This document shows, piece after piece, positions 50,501-62,800 of a DNA stretch of 64,000 nt. The position numbers were made by a program, and so were the translations under genes. The notes beneath the pieces are model-generated. The model was not told the DNA's origin. It did no database searches and worked only from the letters and a program-made list of their open reading frames with translations. Within the stretch, counting starts at the first letter, position 1; each line of letters starts with the position of its first letter. Source of the stretch: Takakia lepidozioides (taxonomy: Eukaryota; Plantae; Bryophyta); contig CM060732.1 of NCBI GenBank assembly GCA_030704615.1, forward strand, positions 55,490,001 through 55,554,000. Reading direction: 5' to 3'.

Positions 50501-53500
50501 GAGGATGTCTTCTACTCTCTTCTGCCAGGACTTAGCCTGTTTGACAGGGCGATCCTGTTTCCAAGATATAGAGTCGATTAATTTAGGATATCTGGTGTTG
50601 GGCATATGTTGCAGCTGACCCCACCATCTGACCTTGAATTCATCTCGTCGGGAGCTTAAGGACGGAATGCCAAACTCACCCCGAACAGCCACATTGGCTG
50701 TTTTGGAGCATGCTGACATACACTCCTTAAGCACCCCCACTTGAATGGATTCTAGAGACTTAGCCTGGTTGGAGTTATCAACCCATATAGCAGATCCGTA
50801 CTCCAAGGCAGGTCTAATAACGCGACAAAGCATGGTTTTCTTAACCTCAGAGTTGACCCCTCTGCAGTGGAAAAATTTAGTGAGCCCCAGAGCTTTGCCC
50901 TTGCCAGTTTGAACAACTTTCCGGATATGTGCATCCCAATTACAATTGGAGGAGAACTCAACGCCCAGGTAAGTGTAGGAAGGGAGGATCTCTTGGCTAC
51001 CCCACTGTTAAGATCACTTCCTCCCTCTCCTCTGTCGTTGAATGCTACCACTGCACATTTGCTGACATTAGCCTCTAGCCCCCAAAGATCAAAGTATCTC
51101 TTCGCGCAATCAATCAACTCCTGGAGATTGGTTAGAGTCTCCCCTATGCCTGCGAAGTCATCCGCAAACATAAGGGCTGGTATGGTGGTATCACCCACCC
51201 TTAACCCAAATCCCTCACTTTCCACATCCTCGAGGAGTTGATTGGTGAAAACATTGAAGAGCAGAGGGGAGAGAGTACATCCTTGTGCTACACCTTGGTC
51301 TATGTCAAAGAAGTTGGACTTCTGTCCGTTAACAGTGACACAGCTTTTGGTGTGAGCATACAAGTTGTGGACAACTCTCCACATCTTTCCCTTGATCCCA
51401 CAAGACCAGAGGCGGAACCATAGGCCATCTCTCCACACTGTGTCATAAGCCTTTTTGACATCCAGGAAAAAGACATAAGTGGGTTTCCCTTCTTTTTTCC
51501 TTCCCTGGATAATCTGGCTTAGAGTGAAGATATGATCCACACAGCCCCTGTTTCGCCGAAAGCCAGCTTGGCCTTCGTGGAAACAACCTCTAGACTCCAG
51601 ATCAACCTCGAGACGAGTACTTATAACTCTGCAGAATGTCTTGCCAACAGCATTGAGGAGCGTGATGCCACGGTAATTCCCCGGTTCTTCTCTGTCACCC
51701 TTCTTGTATAGATTGACAATGACCCCCTGTCGCCAGCGAAAGGGGATCATTTCAGTCTGCGAGGGCGAGAGAGATAGAGAGAGGAAGGACATGATGAAAA
51801 AAGTGAAAAGGCAACCTTCTAAGGTTGATACCTTTTGAAGGTCTTCATGCCAGGTGGGATGTATACCCGACAAGACAGCAATGTAGCTCTGCATGGCCTC
51901 CTCCGCAGCCAAGTTTCCCAGCTTCTGCCACGCATTCCTTGCACAAATATACGCCACCACACAGGTCCCCTCCTTTATCATCTCGCTCTGAGAGCCTGCA
52001 ACTGTAGCTCTCCGTCACCGCACACTCTACTTTTACCCATGTGAATGGTATCCACAGTAGATGCCAATCATCAGCTCAAACCCAGATCCACAATCTAACG
52101 ATAAATAAGGGTACTGAGTGTGCAGAGTTCTTCTGGAGCCTAAGTTGAAACAACCCTGGGTTAAACCACAGGCCAAGAAGAAACTTTCATACATAAACTC
52201 AAAGCATGCATAAATAGTTCACTTCAACAACATCTGTCCTCATGCAAACAAGATTAGACTTACTACCATTTGGCACGAGCAGCCGGCTGGAAAGCTGACG
52301 GCTGAGGGGTGGAGCACGGCCCCTCAGTTGCAATTTTGTAGAATGCATACAACTGCAGCATTGCATCACTTGAGGGTTTCACAGCAGGCAATGACACCAT
52401 GGATGTTGCATACGATGATGCCGCCCCAAACAGTGCCTCGAGTTCAGAACTTTCCACGCCCTCCCACCCATCGGTGTCCTCCCCCTCTTCAATCTCTTTC
52501 ATAGCAGCTGCATCCTCACCTGCTTCCTCACTCTGCGACAAGGGTGACATATGAAAAGACAGCACCATGGAAACAATATCCGACCCATGAAACAACAAAC
52601 AGGACGGGTTCAATCAGATGGTTGACCTGCAAGATACCCAAGTAAACTAGAAATGTTTAGGTTGACCATTCACTATATAAAGTCCACAGGACCTAACAGA
52701 CCACGTCTGGTCCATCAGCACTACAACAGCTAGGCTATGTGGGACATGTCAGACTCAAGGAGACCCATCAAATTCACTCCTCATGTCCAGCATTATCTTC
52801 ACTTTACGTACTAAGTGATTCTTAAATCTCCTAAAAGAGGTCCGAGTGTGGCAAGACTATTTACTTATGGATCTGGTACCACCTTCGAAACAGAAGGTAG
52901 TATAGCCATTTGGGGTGAAGTGACACCACAAGTTACGCTTGCTTCGGCAAGAGTCTTCCCCCTTTTTTTTACTTTTCGATCTGGCTTTGGTCAAAAGGAT
53001 TTAGATCAACGAACCATATTGAATCACACGTGGATATCAATTAAAATTTATGTGCAACTGGACAGTGGCGAGGGTGAGAAGCCCTATCATGGTCCTTCCC
53101 CATCCAAAGTACTGGGAGCCTGATTTTGGCAGGAAATGCATATCGATCTTTCGAATTTCTATCTAATCTGCAATTGAAGAAGTTTTGCAAGCCAATTTAT
53201 AAGTTTCCTATATTTTGTATCAAATAGGTGCAGATCTGCACATTGACATCCTTCAGTGTGGCGTCCAAAACCTCATATGCAGCTCCACAAGGTCAATCAT
53301 GTCCTGTAGGCAAATGTTTATTGGCTCCACAATCCGAAATATAAAGGTCAAGGCAGCGCCTATCCAAGAAAGCACTGCTGGCTACTACCTTAGAGGTTTG
53401 CGTCAGGCTCATTCACCGACCAAGGTATCAAATCCGGTTGGACTCATTTCTGAGCCACTGAGAAGAGGTTTAGCTTATCCATTTCTGCGATTTCTAGCAG

Positions 53501-54248
53501 AGACTCCATGGAGATTGTGGTTCAATAATTGTTGGTTATGGCGAAGATTTTTTTACCGCAATCCCATGGAATACTTGCTGGAACCCGTCGTGAACGATTG
53601 AGATAGAATTCTCACATATTCTAGTGATATTTGAATGTCAGAGGCTAGTCAATTCAACCATCCTGTGAAGAGAGGTCGTGGGACATAAGTCGACGAGAAG
53701 GCAACACGTTGAGCTCGACTGCGATTTGACGCGTAAACAGTATCCAATCCGAAGTATTGCAAAAGGTGCAACCTCGTCAAATTTTCAAGTGGCACGGAAG
53801 GATCCAGGATGTGAAAACTCACCAATAATTGCAAAGACCGTTCACCAGAGACTCCAACCCTGTCGTCCACTCCCTCGTTCTCATCGCTAGGAATTGCTAC
53901 CCTCTCATATCCTTCTTCAACCTTCTCAGATCCAAGCCCCGAGGCGGCCACATCTTCAACCAAACCAAAAGGAATGTCCATCCCAGACTCCGACTCATGG
54001 TCATCACTATCGTCCTCCTCCTCAGATGCATCCGATTCTGCCTCATCCAAAAGAACAAACGAGGCGTCCAGCTCTCCGCTACTAGCCAATTCCGGCTCCG
54101 CAATCAAAGCCACGGTAGCATCGTCCCCGCGCGCCACGCGCAGATTCCCCCCACGAAAGGACGCTATGAGGGAGTAGAGCTTTGTCACCATGAAAGCAAA
54201 TATAAGGCCTATGATGGAGGCCTGTAGCACCTCCTGCCATTCCGCCAT
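47505..54248 (-). CDS. ACBP: Acyl-CoA-binding/ankyrin protein, copy B; exons 54248-53823, 52532-52267, 51937-51832, 49460-49354, 49018-48927, 48290-48193, 47675-47505
   Basis: Same intron positions and mostly identical exon lengths as copy A (266, 106, 92, 98, 171 nt); open frame throughout. Confidence 0.9.
49829..51758 (-). mobile_element. 5'-truncated RTEX-like LINE (RT + C-terminal CCHC) in intron 3 of ACBP copy B
   Basis: KKGDREEPGNYRGITLL, QAGFR, FLDVKKAYDTV, GVAQGCTLSPLLF, LMFADD, CPLCG..EDSIHFLIHCP; 14-bp TSD GCGAGGGCGAGAGA (49815-49828, 51759-51772); one frameshift. Confidence 0.93.
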
Positions 54249-57200
54249 GGCCTGAACGACTCTCAAAAACACTAGCTTCAATAAACCCACCCCTCGATGT
54301 ATGTGTTCTTCACAATTCCACGAAGAAATCCAGACGAAGGTCCTCAACTCCGAGACCGAGAAATCTGGAAGAAGAAGAAGAGACACGGGAAACAGCGACG
54401 AGAGCAACAGAAGTGACGCAGAGAGACAAGAGGCGCACACACCCAGCAGCCTATCCGGGCCCATCCCCCACCTCACCGGCCGTCACCGGTCGCCTAGTTC
54501 TTCCCGACCGGCATTCACCGGTTTCCGCGTCCTCGCACCGCCTATCACCAGCGGTATCAACTGGTCCGTACGCCCCCTCACCGTTGGTCACCAGTCAGGA
54601 CGACGGGATCCTACTCTGCAGTAGCAGGTTCGATTCCCGATTCCTTCGTTTCCAGGACCCTCAATCTGAGTGTGAGATCGTCGTCTACCTTCCCCGAGTA
54701 CCACCTCCTTGGATCTTCTTTCTCTCCTCATTCAGGGGGCGGGTGGTCTGGGCTACTTACATGATACACAGCCCCACGGGAGTTGCAAGCTGCTCCATTC
54801 CATACCCAACCCTCTGATCGTCCCCACAACGCTACCTCTCTCCTTGCAGCTTCTGTCTTGCTTCACACGCTGCTTACTCACTGCCAGCCAACTGCTTCTT
54901 CAACTCGGCTTGATTACAAAGCAGGTTATAAGCTTATACAATCTCCGACCTTCTTCCGTTCAGATCTCAGCTCCCATGACTATGTTATAATTCACCTCTA
55001 CAGTGCACACCAGGGGCCCATGAGTGTGGAGCAGCTCAAATCATGATGAGGCACTGCTGTGAGCGATGCCATAGCCCCGTGACCGATCCCTCTGCTTATT
55101 GCTTGATTACGAGATCGATGGATCCCTGCGGTTGCTGCACAGCAGAGACCATAACAGCGATGCATCGAATCCACTCTTCCCACATGTACCTACACAGTGT
55201 CTGTGTGTTGGTGCAAAACTGTCTCAACACATTTCCTTTGTGGAGTTGTTTCGTTGATGGGTCCGATCCTGATGGGCGACATTGAAGCGTACCCCATGAG
55301 ACTTGTGCTACACAAGATTACTCACACACAAATGTGTCACCTTTTGTGTCAACCTTCTTCTATATTTGCCACGTATGTATACTTTTTCTTTTTTGCACCA
55401 TAGGGTTGAATTTGTTTCTGTGGTAAACTGATTTACTTTCTATAGGTACGGTTTCAGAAACCTGGCCCACCCAATCATGCATACTGACTGCATTATCCAT
55501 TATTAGGGCACTTGATTTACAGGCCCAATATACTTTAAATCAAGAATTACAGTCCACCGCCACCCTGGATTATCGTTACGAGCTTTCAGTAACAAAAAAC
55601 TTTATGGCCCTTGAGTCTTGGGGTTTAATTTTTCCCCATTCAAATAAAGTTCAGGGCTTCATCCCTTTGCGAAAAATAAAAAAATAAAATCAGATAACCA
55701 TATGGACAGCCGGGGTGTGAAGCCTGATTCCGGCGCTATGGGTTTGTTCCCCTTCCTCTACCAGACTTAATCCTATATGGGGAATGTAGTCGATAGATGG
55801 GCTTGGCAGAGAAGACAGAATCTCACGAAGAGGACACCACGGACTCAGACTTCCAAAGCATTGTCATCCACCCACTCAAGTACACTGTTACACCCAACGT
55901 ACGCTCCCGTAAGACCCAAAAGCCACCACCCTCACTACCACGGCATAGAGGCTTAAATAGTATTAGGTCATAATGTAATCCTAGTGCCGCGTGGCACTTA
56001 CATATAGGTCCACCGGATGCCCTTCCATCATAGCCATAGAAAGAAGCCGAATCACCCATACCCATCCTAATCTAATCCTAAACCAGCTGTTAGAATAAGA
56101 CAGCCCCTAATAAAGTCATCAGCTGTTGCCAGCTCATCCTCATGCGCAAGGTCTAAGTTCATCCAGACTTCATCCTGACTCCGTCTATCCCTAAATCATC
56201 CGGAGCGCATCCCTCCTCCATTCATCCATGTTGAAAAGGAAGGTGAGAAGAAATCCCAGCTCCACATATGTGAAGCCAGTTGGGGCCACAAGAAACTGCG
56301 AGCTCCTGCGAGTGATGAGCTCAGGAAGAACAAAAATGAAGCCTAGCCAAAACAAACTACACACCCGGCACACAAGAAATGAAAAAACCTAGGGAAGAAA
56401 ACCTCACCCTGCAAGCTGGGTAGAGGACAAAACATCCCATAGGAAAAACCCCAAGTGCTACAATTGGTGTAGAAAAGTAGCACGAAATTCACAGCTTGGA
56501 TCTTAGCTGGGTCAGGACTGATGCCAGTAGCAGAAAGTAGATGGCCCAAGAAATGGAGTTGTTCCATACAAAAATCACACTTCTTGGCTTTAACTTTAAG
56601 CCCGGCTGCACGAAGTGCACACAACCCGTTGCAAATCCAGCAGATGAGCATCAAACGTGGTAGAATAAATGTTGATGTCATCAATGTAAACTAATGCACA
56701 CTCCCAACGAAGGTTTCCTAAAACAATGTCCATAAGGCGCTGAAATGTAGCAGTGGCATTGCAAAGACCAAAAGGCATGGTTTCAAATTGGAAGAGGCCC
56801 ATCCTGTAAGTGAAGGCTGTATTCTCCTTAGCAGCAGCAGTTAAAAGAACTTGCCAAAAGCCAGAGGCTAAATCTAATGAAGAGAAGATAGTGGCCCCAT
56901 TAAGTTGATCTAGCGTTTCATTGATGCATGACAAAGGGTAGACAACTCTCTTTGTGATGGCATATAAACGCCGAAAGTCAACGCAAAAACGGGTTGAGCC
57001 ATCCTTCTTATCCACTAAGACTATGGGACTGGCCCAAGGGGATATGGAGGGGGTGATCACACTAGCATCAAGCATCTTGGTAATCTCTTCCTGAATGACT
57101 GTAAGCTCACGAACACTCTCCCTATAAGCATGTTGTTTGATAGGCTTACCATCCGTGATGATGTCATGATCCAGAAAGGTGGTGCGGCCTAAGTCATGGA

Positions 57201-57440
57201 GCTCTTTACTAAAGATGTCGAGATTGTCAGGTGCAGGCGATTAATCTACTGAGGAGCAAGATGATCACCCACTTTGATATCATTTAAGACCTGCTGGAAA
57301 TGTTGATCTGCTTCAGGAGTAAGCGTGCCTTTGGCAGTGGAGCCAGAGTGAGAGACAAATGCCTGGAGTTGGTCCACAAGGGAGTCCACCAGTCCAATAT
57401 CATGAAAACTGAGACCTTTCTGAACAGAGGCCAACTCAGA

Positions 57441-57710
57441 CAAAGGAGAAGCAGTGAGCCTAGCAAAGACCTGACCCTTGCGGACACTAATGCTAATACG
57501 TTCTGGATTAGCAATCAGTAATCTGACCACTCCCTTGAATCCCCTGTCTAAAACCCCAGAAGCAACCATATAGTGTTTTTGGAGGGTAAGTTTTTTCCAG
57601 TCCTCAACCTCAAGGAAATGACCTGTAGGGCAAGCAAAAGCTAAGCCTGTAGGTACTATGCGCTGAGAAAAAGCAGGGATGCTGAAGTCAACTGGAGAAC
57701 GTAGCAACAG
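57441..57710 (-). other. Degenerate dUTPase-like domain between protease and RT
   Basis: SIPAFSQRIVPTGLAFACPTGH...SGVLDRGFKGVVRLLIAN...VRKGQVFARL follows the trimeric dUTPase pattern VPTGL / GVIDxDYRG / KGDRIAQL. Confidence 0.75.
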
Positions 57711-60641
57711 GATATTCTTGGCCACATGTATAGGAAGTCCAGACTTCTTACCTGGTGGAGGGAAATGCCATTGGTACAAATTGTCACCAAGTGGTTGGAA
57801 CTGGCTGAATCTGGCCCAATTATAATGCAAACCCATTTGCTCCTTCAATTTCTCAGCTTGAAGCTTGAGACGAGAATAGTTGGCCATAGAGGTCCCAGCG
57901 GCAATAGTAACATGGCTTAGACTCACCTTGTAAGGGTGCCCTTCACCATTGTGAAGGCACATAAGATTGTTCATGATGTCAATGCTGGACTCTGCACCCT
58001 TCATCCAATCCAGACCCAGCAAAATTTGTTCACCCATGGTGACAATGCAGGTTAGCAAGACATTTTTCCTACTAATGCGGATAGGTAAAGTGACCAACCC
58101 AATGGGTTCATATGCCGTGCCATCAGCTATGGTAACCTCAAGGCCACGAGCAGAGCTAATCTTTAATCCAAGAATGCGAACTGTACTAAGTGGAATGGCA
58201 GACATGGTACATCCAGTATCAATAACACATGGAAAGGAAAGGTGGCCCACATGACATTGTGTCATCAATGGGTGGATCCGGTCCCTACTGATGCGCTTAT
58301 AGGCCTCACAGTACATGAGTTTGAAATCACAAGAAAGAACAGCACTTACCAGCGTGTTGGGGTTCTTACCATGGTCATCTGGCACCATCATAGACGACCG
58401 GGTTCGTTGAAAGTACCCTTCTGTTTTTTGTCTCTTTGTAACTATTCAATCAAGGCAGACAAGTCAGATTGGTAAGGGCAACACCTGGTGTAATGCTTGA
58501 TGGACTTGCAGATCAAGCATGCCACCACTGAGGTCCTAGCTGACGAATGCCAGCATGGGTCTTACCTTGAGGCCTCGATCTGGCAGGGACTGTAGAGTTC
58601 CAGCCTACCTCAGCTTTGAAGGCTTGAAGTTCTCCCTGGATTTCATTACAAAAAGATGACTACTCATGCACAATGGAAGAGACCAGATCTTCTGTAATAC
58701 CTTTCACCCCAAGGTCCCCATCAGTAGGCTCTACACAATGACCCTCACTAGCCAGATGAGTGTGTTTCGTGTTGGCAACTTTAGACAGGCCTGCCTTGGC
58801 AGCTTTGAGACGTAACCTTTCTTCAATCAATTCCACCATCTCATCTTCAGTGGTGTAAGTCTGTTTTTGCAGAAACACTTTCTCAGCAGGGAGCAAGCCT
58901 TTTACAAAACAATGTTTCAAAATAGCATGTCTCTCTGAGGCAATCAAAATTGACTTATAGATTGCAGTTCGCAAGTCAGTGTAGTATTTCCACACACTGT
59001 CGCCATAATGAAATTTTAAGTTTGGTGTGGTGTAAGCTATGGGCTTTTCTTCACGAAAGAGCTTGCGAGCCAATTCTCTGGCTTCTACCCACGTAAGATC
59101 ATTTTTGTCTTTAATGTTGGACTCAAACAGTTGCCCGGCTTCTCCCTTGAGACAGATCCGAAAGGACTTGACTTGGAATCGTGGGGGAACTCCATTCATT
59201 TCAGTGCTGATTTCAAAAAATTCCAAGAAGGACTCAAAATACTCCCCTAAGTTATACTCAGGGTATTGCTGTTTATGCATTTGCTCCCCATGATGAGTTT
59301 TCCGTGGAGTAATATCCGAAACTTCAGTTTGTTTCAGCAACATCTTCATAAGCGGGGGGCAATTTGAAATCGCTCCCATGGCTTTACACAGCTCGTCCAA
59401 ATCAAATGTGGGTCGAGGCACAGTCGCCGGATCCTTGTGATCTCCGGACGACTTTCCCCTTTCCATGTTATTCTGTTCATTAGTTGCTGTCTCTTCCCTC
59501 TCCTCCGCTGCACGTTTTTCCAACTCACTTAGTCCCATTGTCTCTTCTGCTTCCCTTTCTAGCATAAATCTTGTAAATACAGGCATGAGAAGAGGAGTAC
59601 ACGGCTACATGTCCAAAGGGGCACTGAGCTGTGAATCCCACCCAGACACACATTGGGATGTGATGAAGTGATGCTTGTGCAGCAGGTACACTCATTCTCC
59701 CAAGAATGCCCACAGTTCCTCTTCACCCTTGAGCCAAAAAGTCACGTGCACGATGCTGCGTACCACCTTTTCCTTCACCAACAACGTATGAGCAGGATAT
59801 GCCTTGGCTTCTTCAGCCTTGTAGAGACCTACTGTTTCACGCCGAAAACACACCCCCGGAAAGATCAACACATCACTGGGACAAAAAGGGAATTCAGAGT
59901 CGGATATACCTGTGATGAGCTCTTCCCAAGTGGGATCCCGGGTAGGGGCAGACGGGACTCGAGGCCTTAAATTAGCAAGCAGAATTGATGTACCTCCTTT
60001 AACCAGAATTGTGGAATGCCCAAGACAACCCAACTAAGCTTCTCACCACTCTCCAACTGCTCCTTGGCACTAGCAAAGGGAATTTGTAGAGTGACTTCCC
60101 TGGAATGAAGCTTGAGGAGAAGGCGTGCAGCATAGGCTCCCTGAAGAGACTCGCGAATGCGCCGGCTCTGTTCCCTCTGCTCCGCTTTGGTGCGTATGGG
60201 TTTGCAAGCCTCTTTGCGCGCAGTTTCCTCAAAGGTCTTGGCCTAGAACTCCGAGGGCGTGTCCAGCGGGAGCTCAGGCCATAGAATAGGTTCTCCCTCC
60301 AGGTAATTGACAAACACCAGCTGCTCAAGCAACAGGGTACATGCAAGCTCACAAATGTAGCGGGATTCCAACGCCAAAGTCTGCTTCAAGCGCGGGACCT
60401 CGAATTGATCAAGCTCAAACCAACCACGCTCATAACTGGAAGCCATAGTGCTTAGTTGCGAAACTCTCAAAACACAGAAAAGCTCGAGCAGACAAACTCT
60501 CTTTCTTTCTTTCTTTGTGCGCGATACACAAGCCGCCATTTTGCTATTACCTCTCTCTTCAATCATGCAGGATCCCCCGTACACAATCTACTGTTCTCAG
60601 GTGCTTCGTACGAGCTAAATCCTCTGTCAACGATTTTTAGT

Positions 60642-60659
60642 TACCCCGTATCTCCACCA
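60642..60659 (-). promoter_or_regulatory. Primer binding site complementary to the 3' end of tRNA-Ala
   Basis: Minus strand TGGTGGAGATACGGGGTA immediately after the 5' LTR; plant tRNA-Ala ends ...TACCCCGCATCTCCACCA (recalled), one mismatch. Confidence 0.75.
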
Positions 60660-61643
60660 TGATTCCGGCGCTATGGGTTTGTTCCTCTTCCTCTACCGGA
60701 CTTAATCATATCTGGGGAATGTAGTCGATAGATGGGCCTGGCAGAGAAGACGGAATCTCATGAAGAGGACACCACGGACTCAGACTTCCAAAGCACTTTC
60801 ATCCACCCACTCAAGTACATCGTTACACCCAATGTACGCTCGCGTAAGACCCAAAAGCCACCACCCTCACTACCACGGCATAGAGGCTTAAATAGTATTA
60901 GGTCATAATGTAATCCTAGTGCCGCGTGACACTTACATATAGGTCCACCAGATGCCCCTTCCAACATAGCCATAGAGAAGCCAGATCACCCAGACCCATC
61001 CTAATCTAATCCTAAAGTAGCTATTAGAATAACACAATCTAATCCTAAAGTAGCTATTAGAATAAGACAACCCCTAATAAAGTCATCGGCTGTTGCTAGC
61101 TCATCCTCATGCGCAAGGTGTAAGTTCATCCAGACTTCATCATGGCTCCGTCCATCCCTAAATCATCCGGAGCGCATCCCTCCTCCATTCATCCACGTCG
61201 AAAAGGAAGGTGAGAAGGAATCCCCCCTCCACAAGGGTGGAATTGAAAAAAGGCCTCAGCCCCTCTTCTAAAAAGAAAAAAGAAAAGAAAAAGAAAAAAA
61301 GAACAATTAAGGGTATTAAGAGTATTAAGAATATTAAGAGTAACACGTATTGATGCCACGCAGATGGTTGACAAATAGGACAGGAGCTGTATTTGGAACA
61401 ACACATCCAAACAGGAAACACTGTGAAAGTTCCAGGAAGCAACCTGCAGTCAGGATAAACCCCCTCCCTGAAGCTTGGAGCCCACACTGTTCCCTGCGTG
61501 CATGGGCTGCGAAGACGTCCGTGAGAGCGAGTGCAACGTAATGGCCCATCCCGATCAAGAAATTGATTTTCAAGCTCTCATTAATGCTCTACCAGAGGTC
61601 GATGACGACCAGTTGTTCCAGACTGGATAAATTGCGAATGGTG

Positions 61644-62050
61644 TGGATAAATTACCAATGGTGGACGACACTGGACTACCGGATTCAGCTGTTTTTCAGG
61701 AATTGGATCCCAACGTAATGGCCAAAGACCAGTTTTCGCGACAGACTTTATGGATAAATTGCCAATGGTGGACGAAACTGGACTACCGGATTCAGCTGTT
61801 TTTCAGGAATTGGATCCCAACGTAATGGCCATTTACCAGTTTGTCGAGACAGACTTTATGGATAAATTGCCAATGGTGGACGAAACTGGACTACCTGATT
61901 CATCTGTTTTTTCAGGAATTGGATCCCAACGTAATGGCCATTTACCAGTTTGTCGAGACAGACTTTATGGATAAATTGCCAATGGTGGACGAAACTGGAC
62001 TACCTGATTCATCTGTTTTTTCAGGAATTGGATCCCAACGTAATGGCCAA
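61644..62050 (+). repeat. Tandem minisatellite, ~3.8 copies of a 107-109-bp unit
   Basis: TGGATAAATT(A/G)CCAATGGTGGACGA starts at 61644, 61751, 61859, 61968. Confidence 0.92.
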
Positions 62051-62394
62051 TTCTTATCAAGAAACTAAAAAAAGAATAGAGATCCTGAAGACAACCAAAT
62101 TGCTTTTGCAGACTACCCATGTGACCACAGGTGTCCGCGATGTTTGTCTGATAAGATCCGGTTCCTGTATTGGAACAACAAATCGAAGGGTCAACCTCGC
62201 TGCGTATGTAAAAGTGGAGTTTGCCTCAATTTCACCTTCACGTTGGGTGGAACGCTGCGGAAGAAACGCAGGGGGCATGCAGGATGATGGAGGCATACAA
62301 GTTGCAATACCCAAAGTTCACTGCGCTGTAACTACCCATCCTGTCACTTCCATGCCGACACACGCTTCTTCTTCCAAGCTAAACTTCATGTACG

Positions 62395-62800
62395 GAAATG
62401 AAATGAAATGAAATGGTGCTTTATAACGTCCGCGGAAAGCTCATAGAGCTTATGGGACAAAATGGAAGAAAACATGAGAGAGGAACAAATCCAGAAACCA
62501 CAATTAATGTTCTAGCGATTGTCTAAGGGTGAAGGCCTCGTGTAGGTAGGCTGCCAAGCATTTTTGATCCTCATAGTGGAAGACATCAGTGAGAGTTTGG
62601 GTTCCACTGAATAAACAGTGGAATCTCCAACGGATCTCGTAGTATAGAGGGCAGTAGAAGAAGAAGTGTTCTTCAGTTTCAATTTCCTTGCTGCGCCCTA
62701 TGCAAGCTGGACGTAGGCGGTCCTCCCGTTGCAGGTTTTCCCATCTGCCAGTCTCTATCCGTAGGTTGTGGGAACCCACCCTGAACCGGAGAAACTGCAC
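62395..62800 (-). mobile_element. RTEX-like LINE 3' fragment with (CATTT)n tail
   Basis: FRVGSHNLRIETGRW...EIETEEHFFFYCPLY.EIR; tandem GAAAT repeats at about 62395-62414 on the plus strand. Confidence 0.85.

Larger units (their letters stand above)
55725..61233 (-). mobile_element. Ty3/Gypsy LTR retrotransposon: LTRs 55725-56266 and 60660-61233, gag, CCHC, protease, dUTPase-like, RT; RNase H/integrase deleted
   Basis: Two TG...CA LTRs (542 and 574 bp); CLICKSIKHYTRCC knuckle; VIDTGCT protease; SPWASPIVLVDKKDG..RFCVDFR..LDLASGFWQ..MPFGL..YIDD RT ending at PDPAKIQAV. Confidence 0.92.

Noticed and set aside
50752-51981. Native ACBP-reverse transcriptase fusion gene
   Set aside because: A canonical donor follows exon 3 and a TSD-bounded LINE explains the RT; kept only as a possible intron-retention isoform.
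61644-62050. CRISPR-like array
   Set aside because: The units are homologous along their whole length, with no unique spacers and no cas genes; eukaryotic context.
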